NCBI GenBank assembly: GCA_951406725.2
Contig: OX597831.1
Span: 1,054,001-1,118,000, forward strand
Direction of reading: 5' to 3'
Length of the DNA: 64,000 bases
DNA from: Octopus vulgaris
Taxonomy: Eukaryota
Shown here: positions 41,596-54,131 of the stretch, in pieces
Layout: each line of letters starts with the position of its first letter
Position numbering within the stretch: position 1 is the first letter of the stretch
Notes under the pieces: generated by a model
Seen by the model: the letters and a program-made list of their open reading frames with translations, nothing else
What the model was told of the DNA's origin: nothing
Database searches by the model: none
Translations under genes and position numbers: made by a program

Positions 41596-42885
41596 TGGTA
41601 GATGAATAAAAGTTATAAGTTTGAAATTATATTGTTTTATTTTATCTTGAAAAATTATACGCATTTAAATTGAACTTGATAATATACAAATAACTTTACA
41701 GTAGACCCTATAGTTATTAAAAACATTTCTATTGTCGTATTAAGTATTTCTGGTTCTTCTGTTTTTTCAAAAGTATGAATGCATAAAATTATATACATAT
41801 TAATTTACACTGATTTATTTTCCTCTGAAAAACGAAGTAAATTTTTATCTTTTATTTATTTATTCATTTAGTTCATTTATTTTATGTAATAATTAGTAGA
41901 GATAAGAAATATATTGGTACATAAAGAATTATAACTTTAAGGTATATTATATTAATTCTAAAATATAATTATATATGTCTAAAATAAATTTTAAAATAAT
42001 TATGCATATACTAATATTTATTGTAGACCCTATCACACTTAGTAAATTTCTATTGTGAAATTATGTATCTCCCGTCCTTCCGTTCTTTTGAAAGTATGAA
42101 TGCATAAAAAGTACAAACATATTGATTTACAGTAAGTTATTTTCCTCTAAAAAACTAAGTAACTTTTTGATCATTTATTTATTTATATTTATTTATTTTA
42201 TGTACAAATTAGTATAGATAATAAATAATCAAAATTTTTTATAAAATTGTTTAATATCAGCATATTTAGAATAAACACACTTTTGAATAAATAGTTAATT
42301 AAGATTTATTTTTTTACATGGCTTTAATAATTATAATAATATAATTATTATGATAATATGTATTTGTGGTTTTATTTTTTTCTGAAAGTTATTTTCTTAA
42401 TAAAACTACATAATTTTTAATTTTGATTGCATATTTAGTATGAGTGATTATAAATAATGAATACAGCGTAATTTATAATATTATTTAGTATTGACCTAAT
42501 GAGGATAAAGTATTTTAAATAAATTTTTTTGCTATTTAGCCATTTTTGTTTTTATAGTACTAGTGAGAATAAGAAATTTTTCTGAATAAATTGTCTGAAT
42601 AACATGTATTTTTCCTAACAGTATAGAAGAATAAAAAGAGATATTTCCTATTTTGCCATACATTTTTAACATATTATTTCTGCTTTTTAAAAAAACAATG
42701 TGCAGAAATATATTCAGATTAATATTCTTAAAAGTACACAAACATATTTTATAACCATTACATTAGTTTTTATTTATTTATTTTTTATTATATTTAAAAA
42801 AAATATATTGATGCTCACACAAAACATAAACATATTTAATTCAATCAGTTCTAGGATCTAAAACTCCTCATATGTAATTTTTGTC

Positions 42886-42980
42886 AAATATTTCCCTGAT
42901 GAGATTCTTACCCATAAACATGAATTTTAATAAATTTATTATTGGGTCTGAATTGAAACAATTGTAAGATTATAATATTT
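42886..42980 (+). ncRNA. Type I hammerhead ribozyme candidate
   Basis: CUGAUGA (42896-42902), stem II GAUUC/GAAUU extended by ACCCA/UGGGU, GAAAC (42955-42959), palindromic stem III ACAAUUGU, GUA cleavage triplet (42964-42966). Stem I is imperfect. Confidence 0.65.
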
Positions 42981-43064
42981 ATATTATTCTATATCATAAT
43001 AATAATGTAATACTAAGTTAATAAATTATAATGTCAACTGTAAATCTACATTTTCTTTTGATTT

Positions 43065-43100
<36 letters not shown>

Positions 43101-43439
43101 AATATATACACACATACACTCATATTTATATACATATTCATATTTATGTATATCCCTTTCCTCTATTTGTGTCCACTCACTACATCCCCTCCACCTCCTA
43201 CTCTCCTTCCACAATCTCACAAACTTACCCACCCACTCACTCAAACTATCTAATCCTTGGTTCCTCGTCACTTATATAAACCTCCCTACAACTTGAGTGC
43301 ACGACTTTCCTCCTCATCACATTTTCTCCATCTTCTCTCTCGACACCTGTTTCTGTACCTTTGTTCATACTGTAGCCTCTCATCACCTGGCACAATGCCA
43401 CCTCCTTTGATACCACTCCCCCCAGGTGGCTTGTCTTGT

Positions 43440-43630
43440 AAGTTACCTAGTGACATCGATGGTGCAGGTGCCACATAAAAAGCACCCAGTACACTCTGTA
43501 AAGTGGTCAGCATTAGAAAAGGCATCCAGCCATACAAACCATGCCAAAGCAAACAACTGAATTTGCCAGCAACTGTCAAACCACCCAACCCATGCCAGCA
43601 TAGAAAACAAATGTTAGATGATGATGATGA
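43440..43630 (+). mobile_element. Family R (RTE 3' tail) older copy
   Basis: gtgccacataaaaagcaccc...aaggcatccagcc...gatgatgatga. Confidence 0.75.
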
Positions 43631-44016
43631 TAATGGGATATTTATATATATATAAATATATATGAATACATTTAAATAAATACGAATACACACATATCTA
43701 TATTTATATAAGCACATACACAAACAGATATGTGTGCACGCATACACACACACATATATGCGTGCACATGCACACAAACACACACACATATACACATACG
43801 CACATACATTATATGGGAGGGAGTGAATGAGAGAGAGGGGGAGACAGGGAGGAGAGAGAGAAGCAAAGATAGACAATATACAAATAGATATATATATATA
43901 CACACAGATACAAGCACATATAGACATACATACACAGATACAAGCACACACACACACACACATATATATATGTGTGTGTATATATATATACACACATATA
44001 TATATATATATATACA

Positions 44017-44135
<119 letters not shown>

Positions 44136-44567
44136 TACAAGCACAAATAGACATATATACACAGATACAAGCACATTCATACATACAAATATATCTGCAT
44201 ATGCATACATGCACACACACACACATATACACATAGATAAATACATCGAAAGAGAAAGAGAGGTAGACAGATAAACAGATAGACAAAATGATTATACATG
44301 ACTGGAGAAGAAATATATTTTGTGACATGCCTCTTAAGTAAATGAAAAATGGATGCAATAAGATGCTAGTGTCTTAAGGGGCTTCAAGATTTTAGATAAC
44401 GGAATTGATAGATATTATTGTGAGTGGAAATTTACAGGATATCTTATAGAAAGTGTTCCTCTGAGCTGTGCTATTTTTTATTTGGACACAAAAATATAAA
44501 TACATACACAGAATCTGCCCATATGTACATGTACACATACAAACATGTATATATGTGGTTGTGTTAA

Positions 44568-44607
<40 letters not shown>

Positions 44608-44670
44608 ATCAATGTGTGCATATATATATACACACACACACACACATATATACATACACACATATATGTA

Positions 44671-44713
<43 letters not shown>

Positions 44714-44782
44714 ATATATATATATATCTGTGTGTATGTATATATACATATATATATGTATGTATGTATGTATATATATATA

Positions 44783-45028
44783 AAGACAGACAAAATACCT
44801 ATTTCTTTACTACCCACAAGGGGCTAAACACAGAGAGGACAAACAAGGACAGACAAACGGATTAAGTTGATTATATCGACCTCAGTGCATAACTGGTACT
44901 TAATTTATCGACCCCGAAAGGATGAAAGGCAAAGTCGACCTCTGCGGAATTTGAACTCAGAACGTAACGGCAGATGAAATACCAGTAAGCATTTTCCTGG
45001 CACGTTAACAATTCTGCCAGCATGCCGC
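44783..45028 (-). mobile_element. SINE family D, long-tail form
   Basis: Colinear with the 38245 copy. The tail is followed by ggtattttgtctgtct. Confidence 0.88.
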
Positions 45029-45029
45029 T

Positions 45030-45373
45030 GTGATACCCGTGCCAGTGGCATGTAAAAAGCACCATCCGAACATGGCTGATGCCAGTGCTGCCTTGACTGG
45101 CTTCTGTGCTGGTGGCATGTAAAGAGCACCAACCAATTGTGGCCGTTCCCAGCCTCCTCTGGAGCCTGTGCCGGTGGCACATAAAAAGCACCCACTACAC
45201 TCTCGGAGTGGTTGGCGTTAGGAAGGGCATCCAGCTGTAGAAACACTGCCAGATTAGACTGGAGCCTGGCACAGCATCCTGGCTTCCCAGACCTCGGTCG
45301 AACCGTCCAACCCATGCTAGCATGGAAAACGGATGTTAAACGATGATGATGATGATGATGATGACGATGATGA

Positions 45374-45376
<3 letters not shown>
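45030..45376 (+). mobile_element. Family R (RTE 3' tail) with internal GGCATGTAAAAAGCACC repeats
   Basis: Three aaaagcacc-type modules, then the aggaagggcatccagc...(GAT)n tail. Confidence 0.85.
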
Positions 45377-45456
<80 letters not shown>

Positions 45457-45497
45457 CATATATGCATATATACATATATACATATATATATATATAC

Positions 45498-45542
<45 letters not shown>

Positions 45543-45555
45543 CATATATATATAC

Positions 45556-45620
<65 letters not shown>

Positions 45621-45758
45621 CATATATATATATACATATATATATATATACATATATATATACATATACATATATATATATATATATATATCATATTAAT
45701 TAGAGACAAAACATCTGATTTTTTCCCTGTAAATTTGGATTTATTCCCTAATATTTAT

Positions 45759-45801
<43 letters not shown>

Positions 45802-45909
45802 GTATGCATGTATATATATAAATACATATATACACACACACATACATCTACATAAACACACACACACACACAAATATAATTGGCATTCTATCAGTTATAA
45901 TTATGAAAA

Positions 45910-46204
45910 TTCCAGTCAATCCAATCAATATGACAGCCTGCTCATGAAATTAACATGCAAGTGGTTGAGCACTCCACAGACATGCATACCCTACATGTAG
46001 TTCTGAAAAAGATTCCATATGACACAGAATAAGACAAGGCTGGCCCTTTGAAATACAGGAACTACTCGTTTTTGCCAGCAAAGTGGACTGACTGGAGCAG
46101 CATGAAATAAAATGTCTTACCCAAGGAAACAAAGTGCCACCAAGTATCGAACTAATCAGTTTACAGTTGTGAGTTGAATACCCTAACCACTAAATCATGT
46201 GCCT
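45910..46204 (-). mobile_element. SINE with family B head and family A tail
   Basis: The tail cctgtatttcaaagggccagccttgtc...tgtctgtggagtgctcaaccacttgcatgttaatttcatgagcaggctgt matches 1694-1820, but the head and centre differ. Confidence 0.8.
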
Positions 46205-46274
46205 TTACACACACATACATATGTTTTAGACATACAAGAGGGTGAATATATATATATATATATATACATATATA

Positions 46275-46460
46275 AGGGGAAAGTTTATGAAAATAAACAA
46301 AAGACGAAGGCGGGTGGAGTACAAACAAACAAATGTATTAGTATAGCGCTCAGGAATAGAAAAGTCTTTTACGTTTCGAGCCTACGCTCTTCAACAGAAA
46401 GATACACAGAAAAAAACAAGGAGAGAAAAAAAATGCGTGTAGGAGCTAACGATCTATCAT
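46275..46460 (-). mobile_element. Penelope-like terminal fragment carrying a minimal hammerhead-like motif
   Basis: Contains TCTTT-CTGTTGAA-GAGC-GTAG-GCTC-GAAACGTA-AAAGA on the minus strand (46365-46402). Confidence 0.55.
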
Positions 46461-47409
46461 ATAAAATGCAGAATTCTTAGCATGCAGGTAAAATGCTTAG
46501 TGGTATTTCGTCTGCAGCTATGTTCTGAGTTCAAATTCTGCCAAGGTCAGTTTTGCTTTGCATCATTTCGGGGTCGATAAATTAAGTACCAGCAAAACAC
46601 TGGGATCTATCATATATAAAATTACAGTTTATAATTTCATTTGAAGGCTGATAAAGGTAAATGATTCAATCCGTTATTACTCAGAGTTTTATGCTCTGTG
46701 CAATGTTTGAAGTTATAAAAAAATAAATCTTTTTGTCACCTGAAAAAAAGCATATAACAAGAACCAGAATAGTAACGGAATAAATAACCAACTTTAAATG
46801 AACATGAATACCCACACACACATGCCGTCAGATACATATTCATATTCTCATATTCTTAGATATATACTCTGCATGCAGATACACATGTAATTACAAATTT
46901 ATAATACATGATCTCAGCTGCTATAAAATGCTATTAAATCAAAATTTAATAGCTTTTTATGAAAAAAGCCCTATCCCATTACAGCTGTCAGTATGTCAAT
47001 TTTTTAGAACTGGTATTTCCATATACAGTAAGCCCAAAATTAGTTTTACAAACCCAGTTTTAGCCATCTATATTAAGGACTTTAAGAACTATACCAATAA
47101 CCATTTCAGATGCAGAGTGATGTAAAGACAAGGTTTTTTTTTTAATCCTTGAGATAGATCCATGTCTTGTTGGCAAAAATTCTATGATCATCTACTACCT
47201 GTTTCAGATGACTTAGCATGTATTTCAAGAGATCTAATACATATTTTAGAAGATCAAGTTGCCACTGCAGCAAAATACTCTAACATGATGTTACACCAAA
47301 TGCCCAGTACAATGAAATGCTTGTAATAAGGTTGAACACATAAACTGTGAATTGGTAAATCCAGTGCTTTTTTCATTCAATCAACACAGTGGCTGTGAGG
47401 TTATTATTA

Positions 47410-47555
47410 TTCTGGGTTCAAATTCCAAAGAGGTTGACTTTGCTTTTAATCTTTTCAAGGCTCGATAAATTAAGTACCAGTTGAACACTGGGGGATCTAT
47501 GTAATTGACTAGCACCCGCCTCCAAAATTCCTGGTCTTACGCTAAAATTTGAAAC

Positions 47556-47605
<50 letters not shown>

Positions 47606-48195
47606 GGTGGTGAGCTGGTAGAATTGTTAGCAGGCAGGTAAAATGCTTAGTAGTATTTTGTCTGTCGTTACGTTCCGAGTTCAAATTCCACCGAGGTCGA
47701 CTTTGCCTTTCATCCTTTCGGGGTTAATAAATTAAGTACCAGTTACGCACTGGGGTCGATGTAATCGACTTAATACCTATGTCTGTCCTTGTTTGTCCCC
47801 TCTGTGTTTAGCCCCTTGTGGGTAATAAAGAAATAGGTATTTTGTCTGCAGCTATGTTCTGAGTTCAAATTCTGCCAAGGTCAGCTTTGCCTTACATCAT
47901 TTCAGGGTCGATAAATTAAGTACCAGCAAAACACTGGGGTAAATGTAATTGACTTATCCTCTCCCCCAAAATGGCTGCCCTTGTGGCAAAATTTGAAACC
48001 ATTATCATTACTATCATTATTTGGTGGCAAGCTGGCTGAATTGTTAGCACATCAGACAAATGCTTAGCAACATTTCTTCTGAGTTCAAATTCCTTTGAGG
48101 TAGACTATGTCTTTTATTTTTTACCAGTGAAGCACTGTGGTCAATGTAATTAACTAGTCCCAAACCACCAAAACCTTCAGGCCTTGTGCCTATAA
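47410..48195 (+). mobile_element. Cluster of four same-orientation SINE family D units separated by (ATT)n
   Basis: Units at about 47410, 47605, 47836 and 48020, each with a ttctg(a/g)gttcaaatt-type motif. Confidence 0.85.
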
Positions 48196-48197
48196 GA

Positions 48198-48231
<34 letters not shown>

Positions 48232-49122
48232 GAATAACCTTCCTAACATTTTAATTAAGCTCTTGTTTAAATTGTAAAATCAATAATCAAACAAAATATT
48301 TTTAGGCCTCAATGAAGCCTAAGTCAGGTCTCATCCAGTAGACCTTTGATCAAAGGCATTCCAGCTGTGACCATTCCAACTCTTTTGGGCTTTGCTTAGT
48401 TGGCAACATGATCAACTGTATCCTTCTTTTTCAAAGACAGCAGGATGTTATCTTTCTTCCTAGAACAACAATTCTCCACAATCTTTTCCATGCTGATATC
48501 TTTCCAGTTTGAATGAAATATTATGAGAATCAAACCCACTGGTTTTAGAAATCCTACAGAGGCCATGGGCACTGCCTCCTCCTTCAGACTCAGCAAATGG
48601 AAAAAAAAAAAAAACTGTATTTTTAGGGGTGTCAACAAATATATTATCCAATGTCTTTTTCCCAACCATTTTTCATTTTAAGACAATAGGGTGTAAATTG
48701 AGGGAGATTTAGCTGTGATTTCTAAAAGACTGAACAACTACATAGAGACTCCTTTGTGATGGATGGTATATCCTAGAGGTTACAAACAAAGCTGAAATTT
48801 CTGACAACATCCATGGAAAACTAATGAAAATTGAAGAAAACTGTTTGAACATGAAACCTTCCAGTATAGTTTTGAAGAGAATTACTTTGGCAGAAAACAT
48901 CCAAGATGTTTTAATTAATCAAAACAGTCAATGTCAGTGGGTGAAAAGACAAAAGTAAAAGGGGAAGAAACAACATGAAACAAGGTTATTTTTCCATTAA
49001 TGAAACATCTGAAAACAATCACAGAGAATGTGTACAGGTGGAATGTATATAATTAACATTTAGGAAATGGGTGGAACAGAAAATAATGACACACACACAC
49101 ACATAAGTATACACATACACAA

Positions 49123-49179
<57 letters not shown>

Positions 49180-49554
49180 GGCACACAGACACATATACAA
49201 GCACACATATATGAATAAATATATATTCAAACATACATACACACGCACATACAAGTACATAAACATGCATGCATTCATACACAAACACACACAAACACAC
49301 ATGTGTATTTACATATTAGTGCTTGCCAGTACTATTATGGATCTTTAATTTATATGCAAAGGAATTAGCAATGCATGAATAACAATAACAGAAATGTGTA
49401 GAACATCAACATCACAACAATCATCATCACAGCTGAACACCATTGTTGCCACCATTGCCACCACCCCCATTCTCCTACAAGGCTTCGCTTAAACATGCCT
49501 TATATTTGCAAATTCCTCCTCACCAGCCCACAAAGAACCATGAAACATAGTTTC

Positions 49555-49587
<33 letters not shown>

Positions 49588-49874
49588 CACATGCAACTCT
49601 CTCATCACATTCCTGCATTGTTATTGGGTTTGTTGCAAAGTTTCCTAAGGTTTCTCCCTTTCCACTCTTATTCTTTCATTTTTTTTTTATTTTAATTTCT
49701 TCATACATGGCTGTGAAGATACAGGCGTGGCTGTGAAGGCACAGGTGTGGCTGTGTGGTAAGAAGTTTGCTTCCCAACCATGTGGGCCCAGGTTCAGGGG
49801 TTCAGTCTCACAACATAGCACCCTAGACAAGTATCTTCTACTAGCCCCCTCACTGCATTATTATAATTATCATT

Positions 49875-50279
49875 AGAAGCAAACTGGCAGAACCGGTAGC
49901 ATGCCAGGCAAAATGCTAAGCAACATGTTTTCTCTCATTACACTCTGAGTTCAAATTCTACTGAGGTTGACATTGCCTTTCATCCTTTTGGGGTCAGTAA
50001 AATAAGTACCAGTCGAGTACTGGAGTCAATGTAACCGACTATCCGTTTCCTCCAAATTTCAGGGCTTATGCCAATAGTAGAAAGGATTATTATTATTATC
50101 ATTATCATTACAAGCAAACCAGCAGAATCTTTACAGTGCCAGACAAAAATGCTTTCAGAATCAATAAAATAAATATCAGTCAAGTGTTGGGGGTCAATGA
50201 AAATGACCTGCTGTATCCCCTAAGATTGCTGGCCTTCTGCTAAAATCTGAAGCCATCGTTGCTGTTGTTGTTGTTGTTG

Positions 50280-50316
<37 letters not shown>

Positions 50317-50528
50317 AGTAGTGAACTGGCAGAATTGTTAGTGAATCAGACCAAATGCTTAGCAGTGTTTCATCCATATTCATGTTCTGAGCTCAAATTC
50401 TGCTGAGGTCTACTTTACATTTCATCCTTTCAGGGTCGATAAAAAAAGTACCAGTCAAGTACTGGGGTTGATGTAATTGACTTCCTCCTTTCAAAATCTT
50501 CTGGCAACTGTGCGAAAATTTGGAACCA
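49875..50528 (+). mobile_element. Cluster of three SINE family D units separated by (ATT)n/(GTT)n
   Basis: Units at about 49875, 50110 and 50315. Confidence 0.8.
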
Positions 50529-51084
50529 TTATTATTATTATTATTACTGAGTGAGAGAGCAGCACATGCCATCAAAGTGACATTGGGGTACAATTATACG
50601 AAGCCCAATATACCCATCATAAGTACCTGTATGATAAGGGTACACCGGGCACATGCATCACAACCACATGTGTGTGACATGGTGATTTTATATCAGATAA
50701 ACAGCACATGACCTTGCAGGTGGGAACCAGTTAAAATTTTTTCAGGTTGAGTAGCTCCTCCTGCTCGAAAGGCCCCTGAAGGATGATGAACGAAAGACCC
50801 ATGTTTCCAGAGGTGAATTATTCAAACCCCAAAGAATTCCTCTCAACACATGGCTATAATGCTCCCCCACTACTTCTGGTCGTGATCAGAGATGCACACA
50901 TTGTCAGCCACCAAGGGACATGCTCAACTGGTTAAGGTCGAATAAGTGACAAGCAAATCAGTGGTATTGAGCAGAATATTTACTGTTACCCATCTCTTAT
51001 ACCAAGATAAAACAATATACATGATAACACTTCCAGTCAGTTAAGATCAGAAGCCATTTCATTCACTACCTGGTATTGCATCAG

Positions 51085-51903
51085 GTATTATTACAGAGGT
51101 ATTGTTTTCAGGTATTGCATCAGGTATTATTACAGAGGTATTGTTTTCAGTCGTGTTTGTTTGTCCATGGACAAGATATCTCAAGAACCACTGAATGGAT
51201 TTGAATGAAACTTTCAGGGATGTTTGGCCTTGTAATTGGCATGAACTGATTAGATTTTGGGATCCATCCGGTACTGGACAAAGATTCTGGATTATTTGTT
51301 ATATTTTCTTTACACGTATATGTAAAGTTTCACATAGTTCTCTTGTAACCGCACACACATACACACATACTCATACATTTTCAGCATTGAACATTACCAT
51401 CCCATTTCCATTATACACACACACACACATGCAAACATACCTCTCTTTTACACATACATATACTCACACTTCAAACACCGTTTATTGACTTTTTCACTCC
51501 TTCCTTCATTATTATCACCCCTTCCTTTCTTGTTCATATGATGCTCTCTTTGCCATTTATCTCCTCTACCTTCACCTCTCACTCTGTAGATATATATATA
51601 TATGGGCAATGGCCCAGTGGTTAGGGCAGCGGACTCGCGGTCGGAGGATCGCGGTTTCGATTCCCAGACCGGGCGTTGTGTGTGTTTATTCAGCGAAAAC
51701 ACCTAAAGCTCCACAAGGCTTCGGCAGCGGGTGGTGGCGATCCCTGCTGTACTCTTTCGCCGCAACTTTCTCTCACTCTTTCTTCTGTTGGCCTGCTTGC
51801 TTAGCCAGCGGGGTGGCGTCATTTGAAGGCTAAAACAATGTGAAGCGCATTGTGACCAGCGATGTGTAACAACATCTGATAGCCTGGTCGGTAACGTCAC
51901 GTG

Positions 51904-51968
<65 letters not shown>

Positions 51969-52657
51969 TATATACAAATATATCTATATATATATGTACA
52001 AATATATAAAAAGACAATGCTCATTATTATATTAGGAGATTATACATATATTTTAACACTTTACATATATACATAATTCTACACATCGATCTAAAACAAC
52101 ACGATCACTAAAGGAAAACCAGAATTCAAGAGAAGAGAAAACCAAAAGGTTTCACGATATCCATTTAAAAATTCATGAGTAGAACTTATTATCGTTATTA
52201 ATGTTTCTAATACTTTGAAACTATTTTGAATGGTGAATTTGTTAACTTTGATTCCTTATTACTGTTTTCACTACTTTGAAACTATTTCAAATGGTGAATT
52301 TATTAATTTCGGTTTATATTAGATAACGATATTACTGTTACTAAATTTTCTAGAACTGCTTTGAGATGAGTCATCTTTATTACCAAGACTACACACACAC
52401 ACACACAACATTACAAACACAGCCTGCACACCCACTTGCACATTCCATGACTCCTATTGGGATTGATCAGGTACCAGACAAGGTATATGGATTATTTTTC
52501 CGTTTGAGAGCGATTGGGTTCATCTTTAGTATTCTCATTTGTGAGAGCAGTTGATCTTATTTCAGATACTCTCATTTTAAAAATCATCTCCGGTTAATTG
52601 TTGAGAGGACATTGGTGTTGCATTGACGGAGGTTTGTGCTCTCTAAGTGCTCTTGTT
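51085..52657 (+). mobile_element. Probable Helentron-associated (DINE-1/HINE-like) element with a nested SINE
   Basis: 5' TTATTAC..GAGGTATTGTTTTCAGTCGTGTTTGTTTG...ATATCTCAAGAACC..GGATTTGAATGAAACTTT. 3' GACGGAGGTTTGTGCTCTCTAAGTGCTCTTGTT ends in a T-rich flank. A 39-bp tandem duplication (51072-51149) overlaps the left end. Confidence 0.55.
51604..51906 (+). mobile_element. tRNA-Arg-like SINE: family A head with an RTE-like tail
   Basis: The first 180 bp or so match 1499-1680. The tail gcgcattgtgaccagcgatgtg...ctggtcggt is unrelated to the family A tail. Confidence 0.88.
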
Positions 52658-52796
52658 ATTATTATTATTATTATTATTCTTATTATCCTTATTATTATTA
52701 TTATTGTTATTATTATCATTATTGTTATCATTATCATTATTATTATCATTATTGTTATTATTATCATTATTATTATCATTATTGTTATTATTATCA

Positions 52797-52900
52797 TTTT
52801 TTTTCTTCTTTCAAATTTGCTTCCATTTCTTGCCGAGTGTCTTCCCAACTCCTAGGGCAAAGAAACTCATAGTATACATTGGTAGGCCATTAAACTAAAC
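52797..52900 (-). mobile_element. R4/Dong 3' UTR fragment (same family as 15930)
   Basis: ttccatttcttgccgagtgtcttcc...cctagggca...gtatacattggtaggcc matches 15969-16037 and abuts (TAA/TGA)n. Confidence 0.75.
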
Positions 52901-52992
52901 TCAATAGTTCGTTCATTTTTTATTTATTTTTTTAAGTTAAATTAAAATTAAAATATATGGGTAGTAATAGTTCTTTATTATCATTATTATTA

Positions 52993-53048
<56 letters not shown>

Positions 53049-53050
<2 letters not shown>

Positions 53051-53265
53051 GGTGGTGAACTGACAGAATTGTTAGCACACCGGGCAAAATGCTTAGCAGT
53101 ATTTTATCTGTCTTCACGTTCTGAGTTCAAATTCCACCGAAGTTGACTTTGCCTTTCAACCTTTCAGGATCACTTAAATAAGTACCAGTTGAGTATTGGA
53201 GTCTATGTAATTGAATAGTCCCCTCCCATCAAATTTCAGGCCTTGTGCATTTAGTAGAAAGGATT
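53049..53265 (+). mobile_element. SINE family D
   Basis: Full head-to-tail copy after (ATT)n. Confidence 0.82.
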
Positions 53266-53784
53266 ATTATCATTATTATGACAACATTGTATATGTCGAG
53301 GTCACCATGAGAGGCCAGAAGTTACTATTTTTAAGGATTTTGAGTATTGTTCATGATAAAAGTAGGTGCAACACTTTGCTAGATGTGTGAACAAATTGGT
53401 CCAAATGAACATCAAAAGAAAACTAGAGTGTCCTGTTCACATAGTCAAATGTATATGTATATTTGTAGGTAGCTGCTGTATATTTATGCAAAGATAGATG
53501 GTATATATGTGTGTGTGGAAGTAGATGATGGATATGAGTAGATTAATGCATAGATACATGGTGTTTATGAGTGTTTAGGTAGCTAGTGTGTTGTGTTTGG
53601 ATGTGTTTATTTAGATACACGCAAATATAGTCACAATTATCACATCACATGTTAATGGGACACCAAAACTGACATAAATATTGCATCAACAGGACATCAA
53701 AAATAACACCACATCTAAAATCCCCATTAGATCTACCAATGCAAGTACAACCACCAAACAAACAATAACAGCTACCATAGTAAT

Positions 53785-54004
53785 AATTCTTTCTAATTTT
53801 GGCAAAAGGCCAGCAGTTTTAAGAGGTGGGAGAAGTCGATTACATTGACCCCAGTGCTCAACTTGTGCTTATTTTACTGGCCCTGAAAGGGTAAAAGGCA
53901 AGGTCAAGTTTAGCAGCATTTGAACAGAGAGCGTAAAAGAATCATAAGAAAAGCCACTCAGCATTTTGTCAAGTGCAGTAATGATTCAGCTAGTTCACTG
54001 CCTT
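53785..54004 (-). mobile_element. SINE family D
   Basis: Reverse-oriented copy beside long (ATT)n/(AAT)n runs. Confidence 0.72.
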
Positions 54005-54008
54005 CAGG

Positions 54009-54048
<40 letters not shown>

Positions 54049-54058
54049 AATAATAATG

Positions 54059-54131
<73 letters not shown>

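Noticed and set aside
41650-42750. Mitochondrial insertion or alternative-code coding sequence
   Set aside because: No recognisable mitochondrial protein or rRNA motif. The frames I tried with TGA=Trp still stop and shift between the two copies. Not fully excluded without a search.
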